From Octopus sinensis (lineage: Eukaryota): a stretch of 64,000 nucleotides of DNA. The notes beneath the pieces are model-generated. The model ran no database searches and was not told the origin of the DNA. It saw nothing but the letters and a program-made list of their open reading frames with translations. The translations under genes were made by a program, and so were the position numbers. The stretch is from positions 41,478,001 to 41,542,000 of the forward strand of contig NC_043001.1 of NCBI RefSeq assembly GCF_006345805.1. Reading direction: 5' to 3'. Shown piece after piece: positions 51,511 through 64,000 of the stretch (within the stretch, counting starts at the first letter, position 1; each line of letters opens with the position of its first letter).

Positions 51511-52339
51511 AGTGAAATATGAATATATAGTGTGTGTGTTTATTTGACCAAAACGAAAATGACTGTCCTGATATATGACAATATCTGTTTCAACATGCAA
51601 TTTTGCACCAGGAATCTTGCAAAACAAATGTATAAACGAAATAATTATTAAAACGAATGTTTTAAAGCTGTATTATAAATGATAAAAATACCAGTAAATC
51701 TTCAAAGTCACTGTTATCCTGTATTTCTCTCTAATAAAATATATTCTTCTCCTGTATTGAGGCTGCTTTTCAGCGAATGATATCTCTTCTTTTCTTTTTG
51801 ATTTAAATTAAAACTATGTGATTCAAATCTGCGTGTGTGTGTATGTGTGTGTGTGAGTTAGAGAGAGAAAGAGAGAGAGAGAAGAGGAGAGCAAAATCGA
51901 GAGAGGTCTCAAATCTTGTCATCTTGATAATTATACAGCAAAAGCTTATTGCATTTAACAGATTTATTGTTTAGAGCAAATTGTCTATGCTTTTTCTAAT
52001 TCAAATATCTTGTCAGAAATTAATAATATATTAAATTAATGCAACAAAATTATTTCAGAACATTGCTGTATGACTCAAACAATCAAACCTAGATTATAGA
52101 AAATATTTGTTATAATTAAGAAAGTTAGAAAGAAGAAATAAATTTTCCAAGGATGACATCAAGCAATCAGTGAAAGAGAGTAAACAAACACTGTTAATTA
52201 ATATTAGGTGTAAAACATATAAAATAACATTATTCAGTCAATACCGATAGTAATACACTTACAGACTTCATAATATAATAAACAAAATGAATAAGTAGAA
52301 AATAGATGCCTGATTAAATAAATTGACTCATGTATCATG

Positions 52340-52438
52340 CATACATACACACGTGCATACATACATACATGCATACATACATACATACATACATACATAC
52401 ATACATACATACATACATACATACATACATACATACAT
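52340..52438. repeat. (CATA)n microsatellite
   Basis: Direct reading. Confidence 0.95.
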
Positions 52439-52451
52439 GTCTCTTTGAAAA

Positions 52452-52660
52452 TCAAAGAGAAAGAGGATAACTATGGACAACTGCTTTGAAACCTCCAGTT
52501 TCTATATCCAGATTATAAATTCTCGTTTATACCAATAATAATTGGTGCACTTGGTTTTATGGGTAAATACCTAAGTGACAATCTGGATAAGCTAGGGTTT
52601 TCAGGAAAAGAAATGAACTTATTAACTCTCACATTACAAATATAAGTGGAACAGTAAAAA
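52452..52660 (+). mobile_element. R4/Dong-like LINE 3' fragment
   Basis: KEKEDNYGQLL*NLQFLYPDYKFSFIPIIIGALG...NLDKLGFS; homologous to 57357-58312. Confidence 0.75.
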
Positions 52661-52973
52661 TACTCTTCATTCCGTAGAAGAAAAAATTCAAATCACACTA
52701 TGTTAAGACCAAACATTATTTACGTCAAAAAGGTGCTTTTTTTCTATGAAAATATCTATTTTTACGATTTTTTGACTGCTGTGTCACCATTGTTCAGTGT
52801 ATTTCAACCAGAAAAATGTTCACTTAAAGAGAATAACAAGCTACATAATGCAAAATTTTTACTTTTCAAAAAAGATTGAAACTATGTCAAAACTTTGTTA
52901 ACAAGACATCAAAGTCTGTCATTTTAAGTGCAACTAAAAAACAAACCTGAGCAATGCCGGGCTATACTGCTAG
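52660..52973 (-). mobile_element. Non-autonomous Helitron-like element, 5' part
   Basis: Minus strand starts CTAGCAGTATAGCCCGGCATTGCTCAGG, like 53848. Confidence 0.5.
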
Positions 52974-53756
52974 AAATATAAAAACTCTCAGTACATTCTT
53001 TAAAGTGATTAGCATTAGGAAAGGTATCCAGCCATAGAAATCAAGCACAATTCAGTCCTTTGGCTCGCAGGTTCCTGTCAAAACGTCCTGTCCATCAAAC
53101 ATGGACATTAAATGATGATAATGATGATGACCACAACAACGATAATGACGACAATGACAACAACAATGATGAGGATGTTTCTTTGTTTTGACATCACATG
53201 ATAGTTGAGAGTGCTGCCATTATATAAGTGATGTCATTCATTTCCAGTCTTTATAAAAACATGACCATGCAAGGGTAAATATTAAATCACTTGGAAACAG
53301 ACAAGTGTTGGCCACAGGAAGAGCATCTGGCTTTAGAAAATCTGTCTGAAGAAAATTTCACCTGACCCAAACGAGTATGGAAAAGTGAATATTAAAGCAA
53401 TGATGATGATGATGATCATGTGTCTGTGTGTGCATGTGTATAACTACAGAGCATAGTATTAATTAATAAATGGATGGCAAACACAAGAGTTATGTAATCA
53501 TCTTCATTAGCTTGTAGCTAACTTAGTAATAAGTAACTGTATTAATATACCTAATAGTAGCCCTTACAAACCCTGTATGCATTCATGCAGTCAAACAAGA
53601 TATAAATCAATGTAGACTTCACTTACATGTAGACATGTTAATTGGAAAGGTGAAAAATTGACCCACTGTGAAATTAGAAACACAAATAATAAGATTAATA
53701 GCAGCAGTGCTATTATGATGACAATAATGATAATGATGATAATGATAATAACAATG

Positions 53757-53800
53757 ATGGTGGTGGTGGTGGTGGTGGTGGTGGTGGTGGTGGTGGTGAT
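53757..53800. repeat. (GGT)n microsatellite
   Basis: Direct reading. Confidence 0.95.
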
Positions 53801-53847
53801 GATGGGTGTTGGTATTATAGATTTATCAATTATATAATTTATCAATT

Positions 53848-55011
53848 ACTAGCAGCATAACCCGGCGTTGCCCGGGTATGTAAGAGCCCCTAGTAGGCAA
53901 CGACTAATCCCAATCTAGTCCTTTCCCTCTAGGGAACGAAGGCGCATGTGTAGGTTGCAATGTCTTCTCTTCACTCCCAAATAACTATCAAACAGCTATC
54001 GATAATTCAACCCAACAAATTCCTACCAGGAAGAAATTACATTCGAGACTTTACCCCCAACACCGCCACTTCTGCTAATAGCTGCTGCAGCCGCAAGTTA
54101 TTTGAATACTTTTTTTGTTTAAACTTTCTTTATAACTACCACCCCAAACATTTTACCTTAAATTTTTGACGTACCCTAAGGGTCCTTGAACGCTACTTGC
54201 AAACTCTTGGTTTATTATAAACCGCTTTTGTCGTGTGCACCAAAAAACTTTTTCCATTTGTATGTTCAGTTTGGTCACTTTTGACTTTTTCGTTGTTGTC
54301 ACTCACATTGCTGCTCGCTTTTTTGCCGATTTTGTACATTTTTATACATTTTGGGATACTTACCCCACGTGTTCCGAGAGTTAAAAAGGTCGAGTTGCGT
54401 CCCTTAGACAGTCTGTGGTTTGTGTTTAATACACAAATCGGTTTGCTATGTGTGCCACATATGATTTAATTAACCGATTATTTCCAGTAATAAAGTATCC
54501 TATTGGAATATAAAGGGCCATATAGCTCCTTGGAGCAGACATGATGCTCGCTGTGAATTTAAAAAAAAATTCCTGCCAATTTGGGAAAGATATTGTCGAA
54601 AATGTGTCATCTTGAATTTGAATGCGCTTTCCCAAAATGGCATGATTTTATCGATTTTTTCTGATGGTAAGGTATTGCATGGAAAACTAACATCAGAAAT
54701 AAGTTTCTTAGGGTAACATTAAGCTTCACCATGAGTTTGGTGAAAATCGATTGCAAGTTACGAAAACTACAACAGAAAATGTGTTGCATATAAAAAGCTT
54801 AGATTCTCGACCCCATGTCGAATTTATCGATTTTTTTCAGAACTGGGGGAACTTTTCAAAATTTTCGCTGCGTTAGTTTTGAATTATGACATTGGGCTAT
54901 GTGTGTGCCAAGTTTCATCAGAATCGGTTGAAAGCCGTGGTCAGGGTGAGGGTACAACCTGACAGACACACAGATACACAGACAGACAAACTGCCGTTTA
55001 TATAGAGAGAT
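53848..55011 (+). mobile_element. Non-autonomous Helitron-like element (Lep1/HINE-type architecture)
   Basis: 5' ACTAGC..CCCGGCGTTGCCCGGG hairpin; 3' (ACAG)n-ACAAACT..TTTATATAGAGAGAT; no TSD or TIR seen. Confidence 0.6.
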
Positions 55012-55389
55012 ATAAGCATAAGAATTGTCTTACATTTCATAGATGCAATAGTTGTTATAAGCAAAATTTAGAGAGTGAGATGGTGGATACTGATCCAGCT
55101 GCACCTGTGATCAGTACTAAAAGGATGAATGTTTATACCAGAATGTTTATACCAGCAAGAACAATTGAAACTAGAAAGTCATGTGGTATACTCCTCTTCA
55201 CCATACAATCTCCATGTAAAAAGCTAGGTACCCAGAATATTCTTTTCTCTACTAGGAGAAAAAAAATGTTCACCCTCATCATAAGCAGTACCTCATCATA
55301 AGCAGTCAAACTATTGTACTCTACCATTCCAAACCAAGCTGATAGCATTGTAGGATCCAACAAATATATATAAAATTAAACCTGCAGAT

Positions 55390-55392
55390 ATG

Positions 55393-55426
<34 letters not shown>

Positions 55427-55448
55427 TGTATGTATGTATGTATATATG
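55390..55448. repeat. (TATG)n microsatellite
   Basis: Direct reading. Confidence 0.95.
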
Positions 55449-56239
55449 TCATTATTCAGTTTATTTCAAGATTTCTTGCCAATAGAGAAAGAACTAGTTT
55501 CTAACCTAGATCCAAGGCTCATTGGAATTTCAATATCAACAACAGGGTATTTTTATATGTTTGTATGTATGTGAGGAAAGGCTGTGCACTGAGTCAATCC
55601 CACTCACTAAGTAACGGCTGCCATAACCCGAAAAGAAGAACAAGTCAACATCATTGGTAACCACTGAGCTGCGGGCTTTATGTCGGAATTATCTCAATTA
55701 CCTGAGTTGCCTTCTCCTAGAAGGATGTCCTAACAAAGGCTAGGGGTCCTTCACTCCCAATGGTTTAACCGCGCGATCAGGTATTCAGTCTGATTATTTC
55801 TATGTCCCCATGCAAGATACAGCCATAAGCTGGATAAAATAGATATAAGGGGAAAAAAAAAACACGTAGAATATATTAAAAAATATTGATATACAAAATA
55901 TACATAAAATATAAATATGGAATATATAAAAATATATATTATGAGCAAACTATAAAAATATACAATATATAAAATTAGTGAGAAAAAGGGAGATATACAG
56001 TAAATATATAATTACACACATATTGGATGGCCATTGACTCTCACGAGTTCCTCCGCCCTTTGACAGGTTTTGCTTTTCATCCCGCAGGGTGTCCAATAAA
56101 CAACCTCCTCACCAAGCAAGCTTGGTGGGGTTGCCGGTTTAGTCACCAATGACCTGACCACGCAACAGTAGCACTCAAAAGTGACCTGACAACAGGGGAA
56201 TATTCTGGCACTGACCTTATTTGCCATACATTTTGTGAT

Positions 56240-57270
56240 GGTTTTCTGTATTGCATTCAGAAACTGCAGATATGGTGTTTACATCCCTTATCAAACCTCT
56301 GGCAGCATATTTAATATCAGGCGCTTTGCTGCAAAAACAAAGGTATTTACCTCTATCATAAGAGACCTTTCATGTGCAGATGATTGTGATCTAGAAATGC
56401 ACACAGAGATTGATATGCAACACATTTTGAATGCATTCTCTGATGCTTGCACTGCCTTAGGATTGACAGTCAGTCTCAAGAAAACTGTTGTCATGTACCA
56501 ACCTGCCCCTGGTAAGCAGTATAGTAAACCAAATATCTATGTGTATGGTAAATGACTTGGTGTAGTTGATCAGTTTGTCTACCTGGGAAGCACTGTTAAT
56601 AGATATAGCAATTTGGATAATGAAATTCCATACAGAATTAGGAAAGCAAGTGGTGCATTTGGAAGGCTAGAAAGGCACTTCTGGAGTCGGCGAGAAATAT
56701 GCAGGAAAACAAAGATAAAGGTGTATAAGTGTGTGCTCTCTTCTCTTCTTTATGCCTGCGAGACGTGGGTCACATATTGATACCACCTTAAACAACCGGA
56801 ACGTTTCCATCAGATGTGTCTCAGACGGATCTATGGCATTAACTGGGAGGACCACATCAGTGATCTTGAGATATTGGAAAGCTCTCGGTGTGAAAGTATA
56901 GAAGCTCTTGTGTTGAAGCAAAGGCACAGATGGAGTGGTCTCAGTAAACCTGGACTCAAGAGTCATCTTCGTAGTCATAAGGCAAGACTGATGATTGACT
57001 ACCAGGCCACTGGTGGTGGTGCTACACACCATACTAATCATATCTGTCAGGCATGTGGAAGGGAGTGTGATTCGGCATGAGGACTTAAACAACATGCAAA
57101 AGTACATGAAGCTCAATTACAACTACAGCAGTAAAGGTTTCAGCTGCCAATTCTGTACTAGACATTGTAGATCTTTAGCTGGGCTAAAAAGTCACATTCG
57201 AACACAGCACCATTAACAGTTAAGCCTTGTGCAATGGCCATACTCGATAACGAGGGGGCAGCCTTCATCA
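56240..57270 (+). mobile_element. RTE (BovB-like) LINE 3' part with C-terminal C2H2-like fingers
   Basis: IFNIRRFAAKTKV...CADDC; LGLTVSLKKTVVM; FVYLGS; KASGAFGRL; LLYACETW; then CQACGREC..A*GLKQH and CQFCTRHCRSLAGLKSHIRTQH. Confidence 0.9.
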
Positions 57271-57356
57271 TGTAAGTATGCATGTGCAGATTTGTATGTT
57301 TTATATATGTATTCTCTTGCATATAGTTGTATATCTAGACATACTCATATATATAC

Positions 57357-58312
57357 TTAAATGATAAACTTCTGGAAAGTTTTACAGATTTTTACAGTTC
57401 CAGTGATGGATTGGATCTGTAATCTTCAAATTAGCTTTCTCCTTTCTGATTTTGAGATGCCTAATTTCTCAAGATTGGTATTTAGGCAGTGTGTTACATA
57501 TTTCAGGGCTCCAATAATTACAGGTTTAAACCTGAACTTGTAATCTGGATAGAGTAATTGCAGATTTCTGAATAGTTCAGCATAGGTGTTCTCTTTTTCA
57601 CTGATCTTCAGCTTTATGTTAACATCTGCTGGGCAGCCAATTTCCACAACTGTGCAGTTTCTCTTCTCTATCCCAATTCATTATATAAGGTCTGTTGTGC
57701 TTACATTTTATTGAGTCCTTCACTGGTACATTCCACCAGTATTCCTTTTTATTATGAGTGGCTATGGCTTCTACCAAATTGTGGGTTCTTATTTCTTTGT
57801 CCTCGGGATTATCCTTCTGACAGATTTCATTATTGAGTCCTAGTTTCAACATCATGTCTTAATGGTAGATAATACCACGATAACATTTTCAGACAACTTC
57901 TTATGATGTGCCTGATATCTTCAGTGTGAACTCCACAAAGACTGCATTGGTTGTCACATTTTATGGTTTTTCCTGCATATCTATCGCTTTTGTGCATCAG
58001 GTACTTGGTTGATATTTCCTGTTCCTGGATTGCAAACACGCACCCTTCAAAATGGGAGGTAGTAATCTGGTTATTAGTCCAAGATAAACTGCTTTGATGA
58101 TCAATGTTACTATCATCACGGAGATTTCTACTGACATATCCATGCATAGTCTTCTGCTTGTATAGGCTCATCCTTTCATCTGATGATACATTGCGGTAGA
58201 GTTGTGCGAGTTCTTTGGGCATGTATTCTAGGTTATCAGACAAAGAATGTTGCTCAAGGAGCTGCCTTCCAAATCTTATGATGTTATCAGCCTCATGTAT
58301 GCAAACTTGGTC
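57357..58312 (-). mobile_element. R4/Dong-clade non-LTR retrotransposon C-terminus (CCHC knuckle plus restriction-like endonuclease)
   Basis: CSLCGVHTEDIRHIIRSC..M....Y...RHD; HNRP.IM.WDREEK...VVEIGCPAD....K..EK...Y; PVIIGAL. Confidence 0.85.
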
Positions 58313-58336
58313 ATGTATCTATCTCTATATATATAT

Positions 58337-58733
58337 CTTTTATCTTTTATCTTTTACTTGTTTCAGTCATTAGACTGCGGCCATGCTGGGGCACCACCTT
58401 GAAAAGAATTTATAGTTGAATGTATCAAGTACTTTTTGTTTTAAACCTGGTACTTATTCTATCGATCTCTTTTGCTGAACCACTAATTTACGGGGACATA
58501 AACACCAATACTGATTATCAAGTGGTGGAGTGGAGGACAAACACAGACACACATACATAGATATATACATATATATACATGATGGGCTTCTTTCAGTTTC
58601 TGTCTACCAAATCCACTTACAAGGCTTTGGTCAACCTGAGGCTATTGTAGAAGACACTTGCCTAAGGTGCTACACAATGGAACTGAACCTGGAACCATGT
58701 GGATGGGAGGCAAGCTTCTTACCACATAGCCAC
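58337..58733 (-). mobile_element. SINE family B
   Basis: (TCTTTTA)n tail then reverse complement of family B body. Confidence 0.85.
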
Positions 58734-60009
58734 AAATATGAATATTCATTTCAGAATCCATAAATTAGAGAAAAAGATGCACTCATATGTTTGTCAATAG
58801 AACGGGTATATAGTATTATAGATTCACAACACCTGATCTTACTAATCAGTTTCACACTAGGTACTAACACTAGATGTTAAATAATGGCATAGTTAAGAAT
58901 TACTGCATGCTCTTCAGAGATGGCAGGTATGAAAGAATATGGTAACTGTTCTTTGTTATTGGTGGTAAAAAATGTCACATTCAGATTATGGGTACTGTGA
59001 AAAAATACAAAACAAAGCCATACGAGGTGAACTGAGCAAGGATATTTTCATGAGTTATATCCCTTGACCCCAAAGTCTCTGAGATGCTGTAAGGTGGCAA
59101 GAGTTTTCTGAAAAATGTGCAGTAGTTTAGGGGCTGGTATTTGTGAAGGGTTGGAATGTGTGCAAGGGTTTTTATGTGTAGGGTTTGGGAGGAGATGGAG
59201 GCTGGTGCCTGAACCTTTAAGCCTCTTTTGGGCTGGTGCCTGAACCTTTAAACCTATGATGGGAAGGCCAAAGGTTGATAGTGGTCATATTTACGATGGA
59301 GCTTATAGGTACCATTTCTTGTGGGCTAGAGTTAATTATCTCAATTCTGCAGTTCATGTATGTCTGGATGCTAAGAATTATTTAACCTGATTTTTTTCTC
59401 AACTAAACACAATCTGTACTTTCTGCTGTTATTAAAATATGCCTTGCATTTCTCTAAGGTTTTCCACGTTATGTTGTACTTTGGGGTTCTTTCCTTTGAT
59501 GAACATACATGCCTAGCCAAAGCTGTATCATTTCATCTTACCTAGATATTGACGGAAGACTTATGGTTATGGTCTTAAGGGGTCCTTCTGTTGCCCCCCC
59601 CCATACTTTCATGTGTTTAGCTGTTCATTTAAACTTTTTAATCTTACTTCTGCCTCATATATGACTGTTTTCAAGTTAGTGTCTATTAAGGGGATATTTG
59701 GTGGGTATTACCTCAATATGTGCATCATGCTTCTGTCTCAAGTGTGGGCCTATCTACTAATATCTTCTTTTCACTAGGTGCACAGCTAAAAGACACTATT
59801 AAGGTGTACATATTAAAAATGTTATTGAGCCTATTTGTATGGAAAAATTGTTTATCCACTAAGCTAAGGAAAATCTCAACCACACAAGGTTTTATGTTTA
59901 AGGAGAAGTAAGGTATAAACCACAACACTTACGAGTGGCACTTTCTCTTTGTGGGCTTAGGATCTGGCATGTAGTTAATCCAATCCAATAATATATATAT
60001 GTCTGTGTG

Positions 60010-60045
<36 letters not shown>

Positions 60046-60339
60046 AAAGTAATATACACATACATATGCATGTGTGTACATGCATGTATGTGTGTGTGTG
60101 TGTGGCATGTGTGTATGCATGTATATATGTGTGTGTATACATTTCAGGAAATAATTATCTTGTATGAGCTGTCTTCAAACATTTTTGAGGCTGCTGTACA
60201 GCTATTTGATATGTTTACATAACGATATAAGATTTGCTTTCCTGCCAGTTTAATACAGCTGTTGAATAGTTTGACTCAAAGTATAATTTAATAAAGACAA
60301 ATCATCAATAATATTTTTTTATAGACAACATAAAAACAC

Positions 60340-61098
60340 CATCCGAAGACCCGGCAAGACTAGTCAGGCCATAACCCATGGCCCCTACATGGGACGTAGT
60401 CAGTCCACCTGTGCATACCTTCCTTCTTGTGACACTTGTGAAGACCTGTTGAGACAAGTGAAAATCAAAACAAATCAAAATAGATGAACATCAATGGAAT
60501 TTGTATCTTTGTGGTACCAGTGCCGGTGGCACGTGGCACATAAGAAAACCATCCGAACGTGGCCGTAGCCAGTACCGCATCGACTGGCCTCCGTGCTGTG
60601 GGCACGTAACAAGCACCATCCGATCGTGGCCGTTTGCCAGCCTCATCTGGCACCTGTGTCGGTGGCACATAAAAACACCATCTGAGCGTGGCCGTCTGCC
60701 AGCCTCGTCTGGCACCTGTGTCGGTGGCATATAAAAACACCATCCGAGCGTGGCCGTCTGCCAGCCTTGTCTGGCACCTGTGTCGGTGGCACATAAAAAA
60801 CACCATCCGAGCGTGGCCGTCTGCCAGCCTCGTCTGGCACCTGTGTCGGTGGCACATAAAAAACACCATCCGAGCGTGGCCGTTTGCCAGCCTCGTCTGG
60901 CACCTGTGTCGGTGGCACATAAAATCACCCACTACACTCTCGGAGTGGTTGGCGTTAGGAAGGGCATCCAGCTGTAGAAACACTTCCAGATCTGACTGGA
61001 CTGGTGCAGCTTTCGGGCTCCCCAGACCCCAGTTGAACCGTCCAACCCATGCTAGCATGGAAAGCGGACGTTAAATGATGATGATGATGATGATGATG
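60340..61098 (+). mobile_element. RTE LINE 3' UTR with expanded 62-63-bp tandem array and (ATG)n tail
   Basis: Unit starts GGTGGCA(C/T)ATAAAA at 60661, 60723, 60785, 60848, 60911; then GGCGTTAGGAAGGGCATCCAGC..GGACGTTAAATGATGATG. Confidence 0.85.
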
Positions 61099-63809
61099 AA
61101 TATCAGATAAATTCTTTTTGTAAAAATTAACCTGAATTTATTGAATCTCAATGTAGAATTTTCAAAGATGCAAACAGTTTATAGAAATGGTTATATGAAC
61201 TTTACTTCTAACCAACAACATATAACTCAAATATATTCAACAGGATTTTACAGCAGTCAGAAATTTTATCAGTATCAGATAAAATATTGCAAGATGAAAT
61301 GAAATTCATGGAAATGTATGGCAACAATTTTACAATATTCTCTTTAGTGTCATCTTGAATGTATGTGGAAACATGATTTGGGGGCTCGATTCATCACTTA
61401 TCAAATTCTAATAAGAAAGTCTTCAGTGAAGATTACAAGTTTATTTAACAGTTAAAAATCTTGTTTTGGGCTCATCATATGTGGAGGTATATGATTTATA
61501 TTTGGCATGGGCAACCTTTTAGTAGTGTGGGTCACAGTACAAAAAACATTCAAGGTAATGTTTTGCTAGGCATGCCATTCACAAAGTCCCATGGGCTGCA
61601 ATTTATAGATTTATATCTATTAAAAAATAACAAATTTGATTTCGTAAACAATAATGCTTTATAATTACATCATAATTACATTTGTGTCTGCAATGAATGA
61701 GTGACTAAACTGTCCATCCACTTTTGCATATGGTTTCTGCATTGTTTACAGCTTGGCTTAACTTAATTCTCAGTTTTCTTCAATCTTTCTTACCAACCAA
61801 AGTCACTGCAGCTTTATTTTTGGTTTAGTTACATTTAATGTTTCACTATTGGAAAGCAAAAAAAGAACATATAAGTACAGGATGAATGAGAGTCTAAAAT
61901 TATAGGCAGAGCTCTTTGGTATTTCTTCATAGAAGGCTCCAGGCAAAATATCAGTCTCTACTTCGTCTTGCAGCACACCAATAAACACCACTATTGTTAT
62001 TTTCAATTATATTTATGGCAACTCTGACCTTCACACCCTACTAAATCTATCTTCCGACTCTTATTGAGTATCTGCTGTTGTTACTATTTCCTTGGAGGCT
62101 GCCAAGATCAATTTCTGACTTTGCAATTTTTCATAACTACTACTGTTTACTTGTATTAATATCATTTGCTAATTTTGACCACTGAAAATATTCCTATGCA
62201 GACAGTTGACTGAAAACAGTTGGTTGAAATACAACTTATTGAATAAAGTTGACTGAAAAAAATTATTAATCAAACTATTACTCATACTGTTGCTCAGATG
62301 AGCAATTTAATTATGGCAAATATTAGAATAATTTCTTTTTAAAAAGTGTGTTCTGTTACATTTTATTTAGATAATTTTTTTCCTTAAAAATGTAAAAAAT
62401 TTGGTGTAGTTTATATATATTCATGTGTGTGTGTCATGTTTAGTTTATGAATCACTATATTTAGAACTATAAACATCACACACATGCATGCACACATAAA
62501 CATGTACATATACACACTCACATATGTGTGTGTGTTTGTGTGCATGTGTGTGCTTGCAAATGTATGTGTGTGTGCATACATGTGTGTGAGTGTGTGTGTG
62601 TGTGTGTGTGTGCACTCGTGTGTGCTTGTGTGTATTTGCCCATAACGTGAGATTATAACACATTTCTATAATTTTGTTGAACTACTAATTTCTCAACACA
62701 GCAAAAACATTAGCACCATTTTTGAATATTGATTCAATTACCACAGATTTTGAACCAGCCATGATATAAAGTTCGTAAAGTGACATTAACATAAGCTAAA
62801 CTGATTTTTCAAACTGTAAACATGAACATCACTCACACATATATGCACACACATACACACACACATTCACACACGCACACACACACACATTCACGCACAC
62901 ACACATGCATACAAACTCATATTGTGTAATATTTTAATAAAAAAAAGTTATTTTATTTTAACATAATGTAACAATATAGCAATTTTCCTCTAACCATGTT
63001 TTGTAATTTGCTGTAATTCATTTATATGTTCATTTGAGCAACAGTTACTACCATTAATTCTTTGTTGTTTATTTGTTTATTTATATGAGCTATTGCTTTC
63101 AATCAATTGTATTTTGATCAACAGTTTTTCATGAATTGACAATAATCTGAAAATATTACTTTTATGATTTATCTTGCTTGCTGTTTAGCCCAAGTCGTGA
63201 TTGATAGGGAACTCTTCAATGGTCTGAGTCTAACTCTGTTATAAAATTGATTTGATGGTTGTTCTAGATCTAGCTCCCTTATAAAATTGATTGTTCTAGA
63301 GCCAACTCCTTTATAAAACTGATTGGCTCTGTCAGTGATTATTTTGTATTGGTTATTATTTCCATTTCCAGTCCATTTGAGTTCAGCCATATTATTTTCT
63401 TTTCTCTTAAAAAAATTAAATGTTTGTCCATCAACTTGTTCACTTTAACGAAGTTGGCCAATATCTCTGCCTGATGAACTATGTGATGAATATATTTTTA
63501 ATATCTGTCTCTACTCAAGCTTTCATGTCTTCTACTAGAACTATCAAGAAACATGCATCATCATTTGCCATTTTCTCCAAATCTTTATCTCCCAAATGTG
63601 TTTCATTATCCACTTTATGATTACAAAAATTATCAGAGAGACAGTCTTTAATGATTTCAACATAAGTATTGTTAATCAATAATGCAAACAACTCAGTATA
63701 ATATATATTAGCAACACAGTATTTCAACTGGCTGTAATCAAGCAGACCCATGATGAAAGGTTTTCCAGCCATGACCATTTCATTCTTTTCATAGATATAA
63801 AGTAAGGTC

Positions 63810-63930
63810 CAGGCATGTCTGTGTGGTAAAGAGTTTTGCTTCCTAATCATGTAATTTCAGATATAGTCTTGTTGAATGGCACCTTGGGCAAATGAGTGGA
63901 GTTGGTAAGCACAAACTGAAAGAAGCCCAT

Positions 63931-63961
<31 letters not shown>

Positions 63962-63990
63962 TGTGTGTGTGTGTGGTGTGTGTGTGTATA
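63810..63990 (+). mobile_element. SINE family B fragment followed by (TG)n
   Basis: GTGTGGTAAAG...GGCACCTTGGGCAAATG...AACTGAAAGAAGCCC. Confidence 0.6.
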
Positions 63991-64000
63991 CATACATAAA

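Noticed and set aside
59929-59959. Possible 31-nt minus-strand micro-exon (AG...GTAAGT); similar donor near 46322
   Set aside because: Splice-like motifs alone are expected by chance; weak polypyrimidine tract and no recognisable protein.
60601-60925. CRISPR-like repeat array
   Set aside because: Units are contiguous with no unique spacers, there are no cas genes, and the array lies in a eukaryotic RTE 3' UTR.

Overview
AT-rich, repeat-dominated animal genomic DNA, not prokaryotic. The SINE families, microsatellite load and TTAGGG repeats point to a coleoid cephalopod, probably Octopus; this is inferred from recalled repeat families, with no database search. No host protein-coding exon can be supported, and most ORF-track entries are microsatellite or antisense artefacts. 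The window holds decayed and nested mobile elements: tRNA-derived SINEs, RTE, Tx1/L1-like and R4/Dong-like LINE fragments, a Gypsy pol fragment, a mariner with nested insertions, three hAT remnants, Helitron-like pieces, MITEs, and at least six Penelope-like (PLE) GIY-YIG fragments, one an uninterrupted 263-aa ORF. The main hidden signal is RNA-level. At least seven sequence-unrelated families of type I hammerhead ribozyme (HHR) motifs can be folded by eye, most with a palindromic stem/loop III and most in divergent inverted pairs. One canonical HHR lies in a 530-bp tandem unit with no visible ORF (42611-43563), a retrozyme-like arrangement.
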